Below are positions 48,511-58,923 of a DNA stretch of 64,000 bases, in pieces. The stretch lies in sequence record MK799832.1, one strand, 5' to 3'. The notes below the pieces were generated by a model. The model made no database searches, was not told the DNA's origin, and saw only the letters and a list, made by a program, of their open reading frames with translations. Position 1 is the stretch's first letter. Each line of letters begins with the position of its first letter. Both the position numbers and the translations under genes were made by a program.

Positions 48511-49793
48511 ATGATTGGTTTATATCTTACAGTCACAATTGTTGTTCTCCTGGTAGCATACGCAGGATTTGACAACACAATGAAATTGTTTGCTTACATT
48601 GATTTACAATTAAGATTCATTCCACTTCGTATCAAGATGGAATTAATGAAAAGAAAGTTGGAGAAACAACTTCTTATAGATAGAGAAGAACTTTTTAAAA
48701 AGGTAGAAGAAAATGCAAAAGATCATTAATGGTATTGCATTACTTTCAGGTCTTGTATCACTGGGCGTAGTCGTAGGTGGTACATGGATCTACCTTGAGA
48801 AAGATAACATGATTCATAATGTGAAGACTCAAATGATTAATGGTGTTACTGAGTCAATCACAAATGCATTACCTGGTATGTTGGATGCAGCAATGCCAGA
48901 ACTACCTGATGCAACAGGTGATGTTATCAAATCGTCACCAAATGTAACAGGTGGAGTTGTTCCTTTCTGAAAATTTGATGAGATTTGTTAAATAAAAACT
49001 AATTGAATTAGTTCAATGAAGTTTTTAATCTTGTTTCTCCTGGCATCACCCTCTTATGCTTTGACTGAGGGATCGTTAATGAATCAACCTTGTCCCACAA
49101 CATTAGCTAGTGCTACAGTAGTAGGTGAACTAGATGGAAATTCAACCTATACGGATCGACCCTATAAGGATACAGATCGATCCATTGTCCAATGCACCAC
49201 CTGTAGTATCAGGGATTAATGCACCTGTCACAGTTGACATTGGTCTACCAATAGTAAACTTACCTGGATGTGTAGAAGCTCGTGACTCAACATCAACCAC
49301 ACTCCCCACTGACGACCCGAAAGGTAATTTTACAGTTTGTGACTCTGGCGTTCCTAGTTATAATCCTATTCAGTTTGAACCTGAACAATTAATCTATACA
49401 GAACCAGCAAAGGTACCTAAGGTTCCAAATTCACCAGAACCACCTATACCAGAGACACCAGAGATACCAAAAACTCCTCCACAAACTGCCATTGTAGAGG
49501 AGGAAGAAACTGTAGAAACCAAACCAGAGATACCCTGGACAGAAGAATATCTACCACCACTGGGTACAGTTACAACCACTGCATCGATTGCACTTGTAGC
49601 AACCACATCAGCACTGTTAGCAAAACCAATTGCTGACCTTCTACTCAAGTTAATTAAACCAACCATCAAGAAGGTTGTAAAGAAGGTATCTCAAATGGTA
49701 GGTAAAAAGGTTAAGGTTGATTCGTTAAGGGAGCGCCGAGGTCAGCAGCGTTCGAGGAATAAGGCTGTTCGGATTTTGAAGGGGAGGGAATAG
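48511..49793 (+). CDS. Conserved cyanophage membrane/secreted ORFs (48511-48729, 48713-48970, 49134-49793)
   Basis: ORF track; transmembrane segments and Pro-rich linker. Confidence 0.6.
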
Positions 49794-51358
49794 TATGTCT
49801 ATGAGGGGGGATGACACCACCAGGATTAGTAACAATCACATCCGCACATATTTTATAATATGGAGACTTGGGGTGGAAATAGATGCCTTGCTTCTTGAGC
49901 TCTCCACAATTCTTCAGTCTGGCAATCTCGAAGTCTAGACGTTTGTTTGCAGTCAACTGTTCTTGTAATGCAATCTGTGTTGCTGCTGCTCTCTTACACT
50001 GGTCTTGTAATGATTTATCTAAAGGTCTAGACCAGGTGGCTGAGAACCCCAGAGACAGGTTTGTATTATTCTTTTGACCCGTTCTAGTAGGAACATGGTA
50101 TAAGATGTTTCCAGGGTTATCAAGCACACCATCATCATTTAAGTCAGACATATCATATACAGGGTCATTATAGTATGGTTCATAAGGATGAGCCTGTGAT
50201 AATGAACCAGTAATAAATGGTGTTACGTTAAGAGTAGGTCCCTGACATTGAATTCCTCCTCCATATGTGTTAGTGATGTATGGTCCTTGGAGGACTTGGA
50301 TAGCCTGATTAGTAACAGAACCTGAAGAGTTAGCAACAGGAGCAGCTGTGGCGCTAACACCACCCACTGTTTCAGCCATTGACGAAGACGGGAATAATAC
50401 ACTTAATAAAACTGCTCCTATTGTTGGAATATACTTGTTGTGTCTGTGACGCTTCTCACTTCTGTGGTACGCTGGATAATCGTGTGATTGCTGAGCCCTG
50501 GTCCCCTGTATGTTTCGGTGAACTGAAAGGGAGCACCTGTTGTTGTTTGAGAAAATACTGGTTTTGATGTTGCTCCAGTCCATGATGAGGTCACCCCATT
50601 GATATTAACATTTACAGAACCAGTTCCTGGAGATAAATTTCCATTGACAGTTACTCCAGACCCAGTTGCAGAGTATTGATACCCTGTGTTGTAGTCCATT
50701 GAATTAATGGTTTCAGTCACTGTGCTCGTGGTTTCAGTATGACTTGTCATACTTCCCTGAGTAAAGTTTGGTACTACGGGTACACTGTGTGCTGGTTGTA
50801 GTAACCCGTGAACCACACCAAGAACCAACCCAAGACCGATTGCTTCTTGTAGTCTAGTCATCAATCGATGACCGTGATTTCAGAGACGAATTGACCCGTT
50901 GCGCTTGTACCAGCTCCACCAGCAGTCAGAGTGATACCACCATCAGTTGTAATTGTACCTGCAAGAGTTCCAGCTGATCCAGATGCATAAGAAGTTTGAC
51001 TTGAGAAGTTACTTACAGTTCCTACAGTAGGAGCAGAAGTGCTCAGAGCATCACCCTCAATAAATGAAGTTGAGAAAGAGAATGCTTCACCAGCTGTTGC
51101 TTGAGTTGCAGTGATGGTACCAGGTGAATAGACACCACTTGAAATTGAACCAGTGGTCAATGCTCCTGAATTTGTTCCATCAGAAGTATTGACGTTACTT
51201 CCTGACACGGAGTACTGATTACCAAGTCTAGTTGATTGGGTTCTTGCTGAATCAACAGTCAGTTGAACAGAAGAAGACATACTATGAACAAGTCCGCCAG
51301 CATTTGCAGCACCTGCGGTCATCAATAACATACCTAAAGTCAGAAAGACTTTTTTCAT
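49711..51358 (-). CDS. Three minus-strand secreted/structural-type ORFs (49711-50583, 50418-50864, 50861-51358)
   Basis: Signal peptides; Ser/Thr/Gly-rich; GIQCQGP and IARLKNCG motifs. Confidence 0.65.
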
Positions 51359-51478
51359 TGATCTAACGTACACTGTAGATATTTAGAATTATCTGAGTGT
51401 GTTACAACACTAACATTTTGATCTAAAGAAATACTAAAATTTGTAAATAGTTGAAACTGTATCACAGTGTAACAATCT

Positions 51479-51896
51479 ATGGACGATAAAGAAACTTCTG
51501 ACCTATCTATTGATAGAAAGGAATGTTCTAAGTGTGGAGCAATTTGGTTAAATGGACAACATATATGGTCTGGCACTGGTAAGCTTGGAGATCCTGAAAC
51601 CCTATCTAACCTCGTCTGTGGTTTGGTGGAATCTCCTCAGTGTATAAACCCCTCTCACAAGAAAGGTCATATATATGGAGAGAAGGATACTTGGAAGAAA
51701 AGATCTAGGTTTATTGATTCAAAGATAAAAGGAGAATATGATGCCCCACGGACAACTGACCAGGTATGAGATTTTATCTAAGGTTTATAGATTGAAAAAC
51801 GAACTCAAAGATAGAGAAGGTCTTGCAGAAAACAAATACCTTGCTGACGAGTATCTCAACAAGGTTCTTGATTACATAAACGAATTTACTTATTGA
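51479..51896 (+). CDS. Two small ORFs (Cys-rich 51479-51769; 51738-51896)
   Basis: CSKCGAIWLNGQH...LVC...CIN; MMPHGQLTRYEILSKVY... Confidence 0.55.
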
Positions 51897-51949
51897 ATCC
51901 TTATCATCCTGGACAAGCCTATTCTATTCAAGAATGGACAGTCTGTCAA
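51897..51949 (-). promoter_or_regulatory. Sigma70-type promoter with conserved downstream box, copy 2 (divergent from psbA)
   Basis: Reverse strand TTGACA-N17-TAGAAT-AGGCTTGTCCAGGATGATAAGGAT. Confidence 0.7.
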
Positions 51950-51962
51950 GTGGCTTAAAGAT

Positions 51963-51996
51963 TTGACAGGACCACCAAAGTAGGTTATTATAAATA
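51963..51996 (+). promoter_or_regulatory. psbA promoters: sigma70-type overlapping a T4 late promoter
   Basis: TTGACA-N17-TATTAT; TATAAATA at 51989-51996. Confidence 0.75.
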
Positions 51997-52042
51997 CATG
52001 GACAGGTCAGGGTTTCCTGACTTACCTAAACTCCCCTTAAAC

Positions 52043-52135
52043 CAAGACCTCTAGGGAGTATAAACACGTCTTTCATATCCTCGTTAAGGGTACGAGGAAA
52101 TAGTAACTCCACCATTTCCCTGATGGTCTTACTTT
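52043..52135 (+). ncRNA. PhotoRC-II-like structured psbA 5' leader
   Basis: AAGACC...GGAGT...CCTCGT/ACGAGG hairpin...ACTCC-ACCAT/ATGGT-CTT directly upstream of psbA. Confidence 0.7.
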
Positions 52136-52148
52136 TTTGTTCAAAACA

Positions 52149-53228
52149 ATGTCCGCAACTCTTTCGCGCCAACAAGGCGCCTCTACCTGGGAATCCTTCT
52201 GTTCCTGGGTCACGTCCACAAATAACCGTCTGTATGTCGGTTGGTTCGGTGTGCTGATGATCCCAACTCTGTTGGCAGCAACCGTTTGTTTCATTACTGC
52301 GTTCATCGCTGCTCCCCCAGTGGACATCGATGGCATTCGTGAACCAGTCGCTGGTTCTCTGATGTACGGTAACAACATCATCTCTGGTGCAGTTGTTCCT
52401 TCTTCCAACGCAATTGGTCTTCACTTCTACCCCATTTGGGAAGCCGCATCTCTGGATGAATGGCTCTACAATGGTGGTCCTTATCAACTGGTAGTCTTCC
52501 ACTTCCTCATCGGCGTCTTCTGCTACATGGGTCGTGAGTGGGAACTTTCATACAGACTGGGTATGCGTCCTTGGATCTGTGTTGCTTACTCTGCACCTGT
52601 TGCAGCTGCATCCGCAGTCTTCCTCGTCTATCCTTTCGGTCAAGGTTCTTTCTCTGATGGTATGCCCCTGGGTATCTCTGGTACCTTCAACTACATGCTT
52701 GTCTTCCAGGCAGAACACAACATCCTGATGCACCCCTTCCACATGCTGGGTGTCGCTGGTGTCTTCGGTGGTTCACTGTTCTCCGCAATGCATGGTTCAC
52801 TGGTTACCTCCTCACTGGTTCGTGAAACCACTGAGAACGAGTCACAGAACTACGGTTACAAGTTTGGTCAAGAAGAGGAAACATATAATATCGTGGCTGC
52901 CCACGGTTACTTTGGAAGACTTATCTTTCAGTATGCCTCTTTTAACAACTCACGTTCGCTCCACTTCTTCCTGGCAGCATGGCCTGTCATCGGCATCTGG
53001 TTTACCGCCCTCGGCGTGTCAACTATGGCATTCAACTTGAACGGCTTTAATTTCAATCAGTCAATCCAATCTTCTGAGGGTAAAGTCCTCAACACTTGGG
53101 CTGACGTATTGAACCGCGCTGGTCTGGGGATGGAGGTGATGCACGAAAGGAACGCACACAATTTCCCGCTTGACCTTGCAGCTGCCGAGTCTACTCCTGT
53201 AGCTCTCACTGCTCCTTCAATTGGTTGA
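52149..53228 (+). CDS. psbA: Photosystem II D1 protein, intronless
   Basis: [17 protein letters not shown]...[17 protein letters not shown]; 359 aa, uninterrupted. Confidence 0.99.
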   Translation: MSATLSRQQGASTWESFCSWVTSTNNRLYVGWFGVLMIPTLLAATVCFITAFIAAPPVDIDGIREPVAGSLMYGNNIISGAVVPSSNAIGLHFYPIWEAASLDEWLYNGGPYQLVVFHFLIGVFCYMGREWELSYRLGMRPWICVAYSAPVAAASAVFLVYPFGQGSFSDGMPLGISGTFNYMLVFQAEHNILMHPFHMLGVAGVFGGSLFSAMHGSLVTSSLVRETTENESQNYGYKFGQEEETYNIVAAHGYFGRLIFQYASFNNSRSLHFFLAAWPVIGIWFTALGVSTMAFNLNGFNFNQSIQSSEGKVLNTWADVLNRAGLGMEVMHERNAHNFPLDLAAAESTPVALTAPSIG

Positions 53229-53258
53229 AGTTGACAAAAACTGAATAATATGTTAAAT

Positions 53259-53285
53259 AAGAGGAGTTAACACTCCTCTTTTTTT
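53259..53285 (+). terminator. Intrinsic terminator after psbA
   Basis: AAGAGGAG-TTAACA-CTCCTCTT plus T tract. Confidence 0.8.
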
Positions 53286-53729
53286 ATGCGCGTCTGTAAT
53301 AAATGTGGAGAAACAAAAGAGTTCAAGTCATTCTCTCCTAAGGGAAAGAGAGTTGATGGAAGTAGAAAATATTCTTCTCACTGTAAACCCTGTCAGGCTA
53401 AGGTAAAGAAAGAGAGATACTCTCCAGAGAGAAAGAGAGAGAAGGATTTGAAGAGTAAGTATGGTATTACTCTCAATGAATATGATGATATGCTCACAAG
53501 ACAAAATTATAAGTGTGCAATATGTGGAACAGACGACACCACATTTTCAAATGGTAAGAGATTTCATGTTGACCATTGTCACACCACAGGCAAGGTAAGA
53601 GGTCTACTTTGTGGTAAATGTAACGTTGCCCTTGGTCACATTGGTGATAATATAGATACTCTTTCAAGGATGATTAACTATCTCAATGATAACCACACAG
53701 ACCCCCTACAAACTAGCGGAAATTATTAG
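53286..53729 (+). CDS. Endonuclease VII-family free-standing homing endonuclease (F-CphI-like)
   Basis: CNKC...CKPC zinc ribbon; CAIC, VDHCHTTGKVRGLLCGKCNVALG; located directly after psbA. Confidence 0.85.
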   Translation: MRVCNKCGETKEFKSFSPKGKRVDGSRKYSSHCKPCQAKVKKERYSPERKREKDLKSKYGITLNEYDDMLTRQNYKCAICGTDDTTFSNGKRFHVDHCHTTGKVRGLLCGKCNVALGHIGDNIDTLSRMINYLNDNHTDPLQTSGNY

Positions 53730-53778
53730 AGACACCTGGCCTCAGTTGTATCGTCCTCAAAAGAAAAAGAGTAAGTAG
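53686..53778 (+). CDS. 30-aa micro-ORF of a type common in cyanophages
   Basis: MITTQTPYKLAEIIRDTWPQLYRPQKKKSK; recalled motif, not searched. Confidence 0.5.
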   Translation: MITTQTPYKLAEIIRDTWPQLYRPQKKKSK

Positions 53779-53847
53779 TTCTACTCTTGACCCCTTTTGT
53801 AAAGAAGTGTAAACTAAATATGATAAGTATTCTAAGAGGTTAAACTT

Positions 53848-54909
53848 TTGGCTTCATCTACACTTTCTATTCCTAAACAAGGGGGAGGCTGGTTCGATGT
53901 TCTCGATGATTGGCTTAAGCGTGATCGGTTTGTTTTTGTCGGTTGGTCTGGCATTCTCCTTTTCCCTACAGCTTATCTCGCTATTGGCGGTTGGCTTACA
54001 GGAACCACCTTTGCTACCAGTTGGTACACCCATGGCCTGGCGAGTTCATATCTTGAGGGGGCTAACTTTCTCACTGCTGCTGTTTCTACTCCTGCTGATG
54101 CTCTCGGACATAGCCTCTTACTCTTATGGGGTCCTGAAGCTCAGGGAGATTTCGTCCGTTGGGTCCAACTTGGGGGACTCTGGAATTTCGTGGCACTCCA
54201 CGGAGCATTTGCTCTCATAGGTTTCATGCTCCGTCAGTTTGAAATTGCACGTCTCGTCGGTATCCGTCCCTACAATGCGATTGCTTTTTCAGGTCCTATT
54301 GCCGTATTCACTTCTGTATTTCTCATCTATCCACTTGGACAATCCAGTTGGTTCTTTGCGCCGAGCTTTGGTGTCGCGGCAATCTTCCGATTCCTACTTT
54401 TTCTACAAGGATTTCATAACTGGACACTCAACCCCTTCCACATGATGGGAGTCGCAGGTATCCTTGGTGGTGCTTTACTCTCAGCCATTCACGGTGTGAC
54501 TGTCGAAAACACACTCTACGAAGATGGCGAACAGGCAAATACTTTCAAAGCTTTTGATAGTACACAAGAGGAGGAGACTTACTCGATGGTTACTGCGAAC
54601 CGTTTCTGGTCACAGATTTTCGGTATTGCTTTTAGTAACAAGCGTTGGTTGCATTTCTTTATGCTCTTTGTTCCCGTCATGGGTCTCTGGACTGCTTCTA
54701 TCGGTATTATTGGACTCGCTTTTAATCTTCGTGCTTACGACTTTGTATCTCAGGAGATTCGTGCGGCGGAGGATCCAGAGTTTGAGACTTTTTATACTAA
54801 GAACATTCTCTTGAACGAAGGTATTCGTGCATGGATGGCAGGAGTCGATCAGCCACATGAAAACTTTGTTTTTCCTGAGGAAGTACTCCCACGTGGCAAT
54901 GCTCTTTGA
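53848..54909 (+). CDS. psbD: Photosystem II D2 protein (TTG start)
   Basis: [21 protein letters not shown]...[10 protein letters not shown]. Confidence 0.99.
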   Translation: MASSTLSIPKQGGGWFDVLDDWLKRDRFVFVGWSGILLFPTAYLAIGGWLTGTTFATSWYTHGLASSYLEGANFLTAAVSTPADALGHSLLLLWGPEAQGDFVRWVQLGGLWNFVALHGAFALIGFMLRQFEIARLVGIRPYNAIAFSGPIAVFTSVFLIYPLGQSSWFFAPSFGVAAIFRFLLFLQGFHNWTLNPFHMMGVAGILGGALLSAIHGVTVENTLYEDGEQANTFKAFDSTQEEETYSMVTANRFWSQIFGIAFSNKRWLHFFMLFVPVMGLWTASIGIIGLAFNLRAYDFVSQEIRAAEDPEFETFYTKNILLNEGIRAWMAGVDQPHENFVFPEEVLPRGNAL

Positions 54910-54934
54910 CAAGAACTTGACAACGTGATACTAT

Positions 54935-54958
54935 AGAGGGGTCAACCCCTCTTTTTTT
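54935..54958 (+). terminator. Intrinsic terminator after psbD
   Basis: AGAGGGG-TCAA-CCCCTCT plus T tract. Confidence 0.8.
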
Positions 54959-54972
54959 GTCTAGATATATAC

Positions 54973-55140
54973 ATGGATAATACTTGGCGAGAAGAGTACA
55001 AGAAGATGAAGAAGTTATCTGAACGTCAGATATATCTTCTCGATCATGGTCCAGATTCGTTGTCATCATCATGGCTCGTTATGGCTATGAAGTATGACTA
55101 CGATAAGATCACGGGTAAACGTAAGAAGAGAGATGACTGA
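54973..55140 (+). CDS. Small hypothetical protein (55 aa)
   Basis: MDNTWREEYKKMKKLSERQIYLLDHGPDSLSSSW... Confidence 0.55.
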   Translation: MDNTWREEYKKMKKLSERQIYLLDHGPDSLSSSWLVMAMKYDYDKITGKRKKRDD

Positions 55141-55224
55141 ACACAGTACACGCCCCCTGTTAAATATGGCAGGGGGTTTCCTAATAGCAATTCTAACTAT
55201 CTCAATCCCACTATTAATTTTACT

Positions 55225-55490
55225 ATGAAAGTCTTCACTGTTTACTCAAAGAACGGTTGTCCTTATTGCACCAAGGTAGTTTCTGCATTACAACTTGCTG
55301 AACTTCAGTATGTTGAACTCAAATTGGGTAGAGACTTTGATAAAAATCAATTTTATGCTGACTTTGGACAAGGCAATTTTATGCTGACTTTGGACAAGGT
55401 TCTACCTTCCCTCAGGTATCAGTTGATGGTAAAACTATTGGTGGATGCATGGAAACTGTTAAATATTTGAAGGAGAATAAGTTGGTGTAA
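55225..55490 (+). pseudogene. grx: Glutaredoxin frameshifted by a 26-bp tandem duplication
   Basis: CPYC active site; STFPQV and IGGC lie in another frame after the duplication. Confidence 0.88.
55348..55399 (+). repeat. Perfect 26-bp tandem duplication
   Basis: CAATTTTATGCTGACTTTGGACAAGG x2. Confidence 0.97.
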
Positions 55491-57205
55491 TGGTAGAGGA
55501 ACTATACGAAGTAGTAGAGAAGACAATTGATTACGTCTTCGAAGGTAAATATATGCTTGACATGTATGCATATCTCAAAGACAGTAAGGTCTCTAGAACT
55601 GTCGTAGAGGAGTTCCTGATGAGTTGTACTGCCACTGAGGTAAAGAACCTTGTGTTGGACCTTGAAGGGTATCTGGAGGGTGGTAGTGACGAGGTTCACA
55701 AACAATTACGTGAGGGTTACGGTCACCTAGGTAAACCAGAGGCAAGAAAGATTAAGAATTATCTCGCCAATATTCTTCATGACGCAGAGAGGTATAAAAA
55801 TGATAAACGACCTGGAAGAAAACGAAGAGTCTCTAAATAATGACAACGAGTCTCCTAAGATGAATAGGGGATTTGAATTATTACTCAGAAATAAAAAGAG
55901 GAGGGAACCACCTAAAACTTTTCAAGTAAAGTTTGGAAAGATGGTCTCCTTCCTTCGAAGAGAGTTCCATTTTTTCTTAGACATTCAGTTTGACATAAGA
56001 AAAAAGGAGAGCTAAGATGTTAGCAGTCACACTTACATTGTCCACGGTCATTTCAATCATGTTCCTTTTGGTGGGAGGAGTGATTGGATATCTTTTAAAG
56101 GAATATGTAATCGAAAGGAATTCAACATTTATTCCAACACATCCAGAGATGTTTGACGAAAATGGACAAATTATTCCAGATGATGTTTTAGCTGTTAGGT
56201 TTGAAAATAGCCTAGAGGACTTTGAGTCTGAAGATTGACACCACCAAATAAATATTCTAAACTAAATTGAACATACAATGGCAACTAAATCTTTCACTGT
56301 GAAAACTAAATTACCTCCCAACCCATTTGTTCATGAGATTCTTGAGTTGGTATCTAAACAAAGAACGAAAGCAAAAAAGATTGAAATCCTACAAGAACAT
56401 CGATGTGATGCACTCACATCTATTCTGATTTGGAACTTTGATGACAGTGTTCTGTCAATGCTCCCTGAGGGTGAAGTACCTTTTAATAAGAATGAGGCAC
56501 CTCTTGGCACCGATCACACCTCACTTCGTAAGGAGTGTAGGAATCTGTATCACTTTGTAAAAGGTGGTAATGACGGTCTCTCTAAGACACGTAGAGAGTC
56601 TATGTTTATTCAAATGCTCGAAGGTCTTCATCCTGAGGAAGCATCAATCCTGTGTCTTGTAAAAGACAAACGTCTTGGTGCTCAGTACAAGATCACTGAT
56701 GATGTGGTTCGTAAAGCCTATCCCGATATTGAGTGGGGTGGTCGATCTTGAGTGATAGTATAAGAATTCTCCATCAGGATTGTGATCCATCACTTGCACA
56801 AGATAAGAGTCTCCCATACACAGCTTATCTTGTTGAGTATCTTCAAGATGGTATGACAAAGTTTGATATTGTAACTTCAAAGAAGAAGGTAGATATCTTT
56901 GATCACTATTGGGATAACTACCGTAGTGATTTCAAGAACATGACACAAACTGAAGGTCGAATCAATCCCAAACTCTGGGGTGGTGATAAGAAGTCCGACA
57001 AGAAAAGAAAATGAGTAACGGATTTGACATTAAGTTCGAAGGTTTGGATATGAACCAAGATCAGGTTCAAGCCCTCGTCAAAAAATATAAAAAGATCAAG
57101 AAGTATCAGAAGTCCACGATCTTCGAAGTCAAGACCATGGATGGGACAGAAAACTATGTGTCCCAACTGATCAAAGAGGGCGAAGAGTACGGGCCCCTTG
57201 ACTAA
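55490..57205 (+). CDS. Conserved T4-like cyanophage hypothetical ORFs (55490-55840, ~55860-56015, 56017-56238, 56278-56751, 56733-57014, 57011-57205)
   Basis: Contiguous plus-strand ORFs; 56017 has a transmembrane helix and HPEMFDENG; 56278 has RESMFIQMLEGLHPEEA. Confidence 0.65.
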
Positions 57206-57231
57206 ATAACTACAGTGGTCTATAATAACCT

Positions 57232-57526
57232 GTCGTTCATCCAAGAGACAGTCGCTATGTACATAGCATAGAAAGACACCTCTGGACGCAAGTAAGTCGC
57301 GGAACGGATCGTTCATCCCATGAAATACTTCATACTCCTTCTACTTCTATTCACTCCTGCAACTGCTTCAGAACATCCAATGTCCTGTGAGTCGGTGAAG
57401 GAAGTTATAGATGTGGTTATGGAAGATCCATATCTTTCTGATAAGTCTAAGACTCAAATTCTTAAAAAACTTGTCGGCAGTCATGGAATGAGGTGTATCA
57501 GGGACGCACACGACTGAAGGAACGGG
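57232..57526 (+). promoter_or_regulatory. Glutamine riboswitch (glnA-motif-like) double aptamer
   Basis: GTCGTTCATCC...GGACGCAAGTAAGTCG-CGGAACGG-ATCGTTCATCCC...GGGACGCACACGACTGAAGGAACGG. Confidence 0.7.
57320..57517 (+). CDS. 65-aa signal-peptide-bearing protein nested inside the riboswitch
   Basis: MKYFILLLLLFTPATA leader; two Cys; last codons DAHD* overlap aptamer sequence. Confidence 0.65.
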   Translation: MKYFILLLLLFTPATASEHPMSCESVKEVIDVVMEDPYLSDKSKTQILKKLVGSHGMRCIRDAHD

Positions 57527-57559
57527 GTAAAAAATCCCTAGTATTTCAGGAGTAAACTC

Positions 57560-57727
57560 ATGAACACACTGAACATGATCAAGAAGCAGATCAACAAAGC
57601 ATCTGCACTTCACGACGCACAGATTTCTCACACTGCATATCGTGGTGTTGAGTATGATGTACACTGTGAAGAGAAAAATGAAACCCACGGAACATTTTGC
57701 TACCGTGGACGCACTTACGTCAAGTGA
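57560..57727 (+). CDS. DUF4278-like small protein (55 aa, below track cut-off)
   Basis: AGGAG RBS; HTAYRGVEY...FCYRGRTY; followed by terminator 57758-57780. Confidence 0.75.
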   Translation: MNTLNMIKKQINKASALHDAQISHTAYRGVEYDVHCEEKNETHGTFCYRGRTYVK

Positions 57728-57757
57728 CTTGTCACTTGTTCAATAATCTGTTAGACT

Positions 57758-57780
57758 GGGGACATAGGTCCCCTTTTTTT
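57758..57780 (+). terminator. Intrinsic terminator
   Basis: GGGGAC-ATAG-GTCCCC plus T7. Confidence 0.8.
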
Positions 57781-58292
57781 ATGGAAAAAGACAATCTTAA
57801 ATTAATCATCAGAAATCTCAGACTTCTACTTGACGCATTGGAATCGGAGGTGTATTCTGATCCTGGTGCATACGTAAAGACGGAGGAAAGACTTCCTCCA
57901 CTCCCTGACTACGATGAGGTATTCGAAGATGACGAATGAGGATTGGAGGTACACGGAGGAGAGAATGAAACTCCGTGAACAATGTCTTAAAGTTTTGTTA
58001 AATAGATATGGTAGTGGTCGTATAGACAAAACATCATATTCAACAAAAGATATCTATGAGTGTGTTGACACTTGGATCTCTCAGGGGAACAAGTTAAGTA
58101 ATGGAATCGTTGCATATTTCAACGCATACTTCAATCATGAAAACAAAGAAAGCAATCAAGTACATCCTTAAACACCCAGAACTTTTCACAGAAGGTGAGA
58201 GACTTTATGTACAAAGGGTAAAGAAGGAACGTAAACAACAAAAGTCACAAAAGAAACATGAATCAAGCGAAACTAATCTCAGTCACTCCTGA
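57781..58292 (+). CDS. Three small hypothetical ORFs
   Basis: MEKDNLKLII..., MTNEDWRYTEER..., MKTKKAIKYILKHP... Confidence 0.55.
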
Positions 58293-58893
58293 TGCTGAGC
58301 AACACATTGCATACTGTGCACGTGTGTCTAACCCAAACAATCAGGACAATGAGAACTTTGCTGGTCTCCTAAGATATTGTATCAAACATCAACACTGGAG
58401 TATTTTTGAACAAGCATTCATGACTCTTGAGATTGAGACTACCCGTGGTCTTGCTGCTCAAGTCTTGCGGCATCGTTCGTTTACATTCCAAGAGTTCTCT
58501 CAACGATATGCAAGTACTAATCTCTTGTCTACTGAGATTGAACTCCCCGAACTGAGGCGTCAAGACGTTAAGAATCGTCAGAATAGTATTGACGATCTTG
58601 ATCCTGAAGTTGTTGACCGTTTGGAACGTCAGATGGTCACTCTGTTTAGTTCCTCATATAATCTTTACAATCAGATGTTGGAAGCAGGAGTCGCCAAAGA
58701 ATGTGCTCGCTTTGTATTGCCGTTGGCAACACCAACCAAAATGTATATGACTGGTTCAATTCGCAGTTGGATTCATTACATCGATCTTCGGTCTGCCAAT
58801 GGTACACAGAAGGAACACATGGACATTGCAAACTCTTGTAAGGAGATCTTCAAGGAGCAATTCCCTGTCATTTCAGAGGCTCTGGAGTGGTAA
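58258..58893 (+). CDS. thyX: FAD-dependent thymidylate synthase
   Basis: HWSIFE, RHRSFTFQEFSQRY, ECARFVLP, TQKEH. Confidence 0.95.
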   Translation: MNQAKLISVTPDAEQHIAYCARVSNPNNQDNENFAGLLRYCIKHQHWSIFEQAFMTLEIETTRGLAAQVLRHRSFTFQEFSQRYASTNLLSTEIELPELRRQDVKNRQNSIDDLDPEVVDRLERQMVTLFSSSYNLYNQMLEAGVAKECARFVLPLATPTKMYMTGSIRSWIHYIDLRSANGTQKEHMDIANSCKEIFKEQFPVISEALEW

Positions 58894-58923
58894 TAAATAT
58901 ACACATTACAATGGAGAAATAAG

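Noticed and set aside
52149-53228. Group I intron in psbA
   Set aside because: The D1 reading frame is continuous and normal in length (359 aa).
52026-54912. Long antisense and alternate-frame ORFs over psbA and psbD (e.g. 52026-52502, 53897-54220, 54610-54912)
   Set aside because: Shadow frames of strongly biased coding sequence, with no RBS or recognisable motifs. An antisense RNA here is possible but nothing in the sequence supports it directly.
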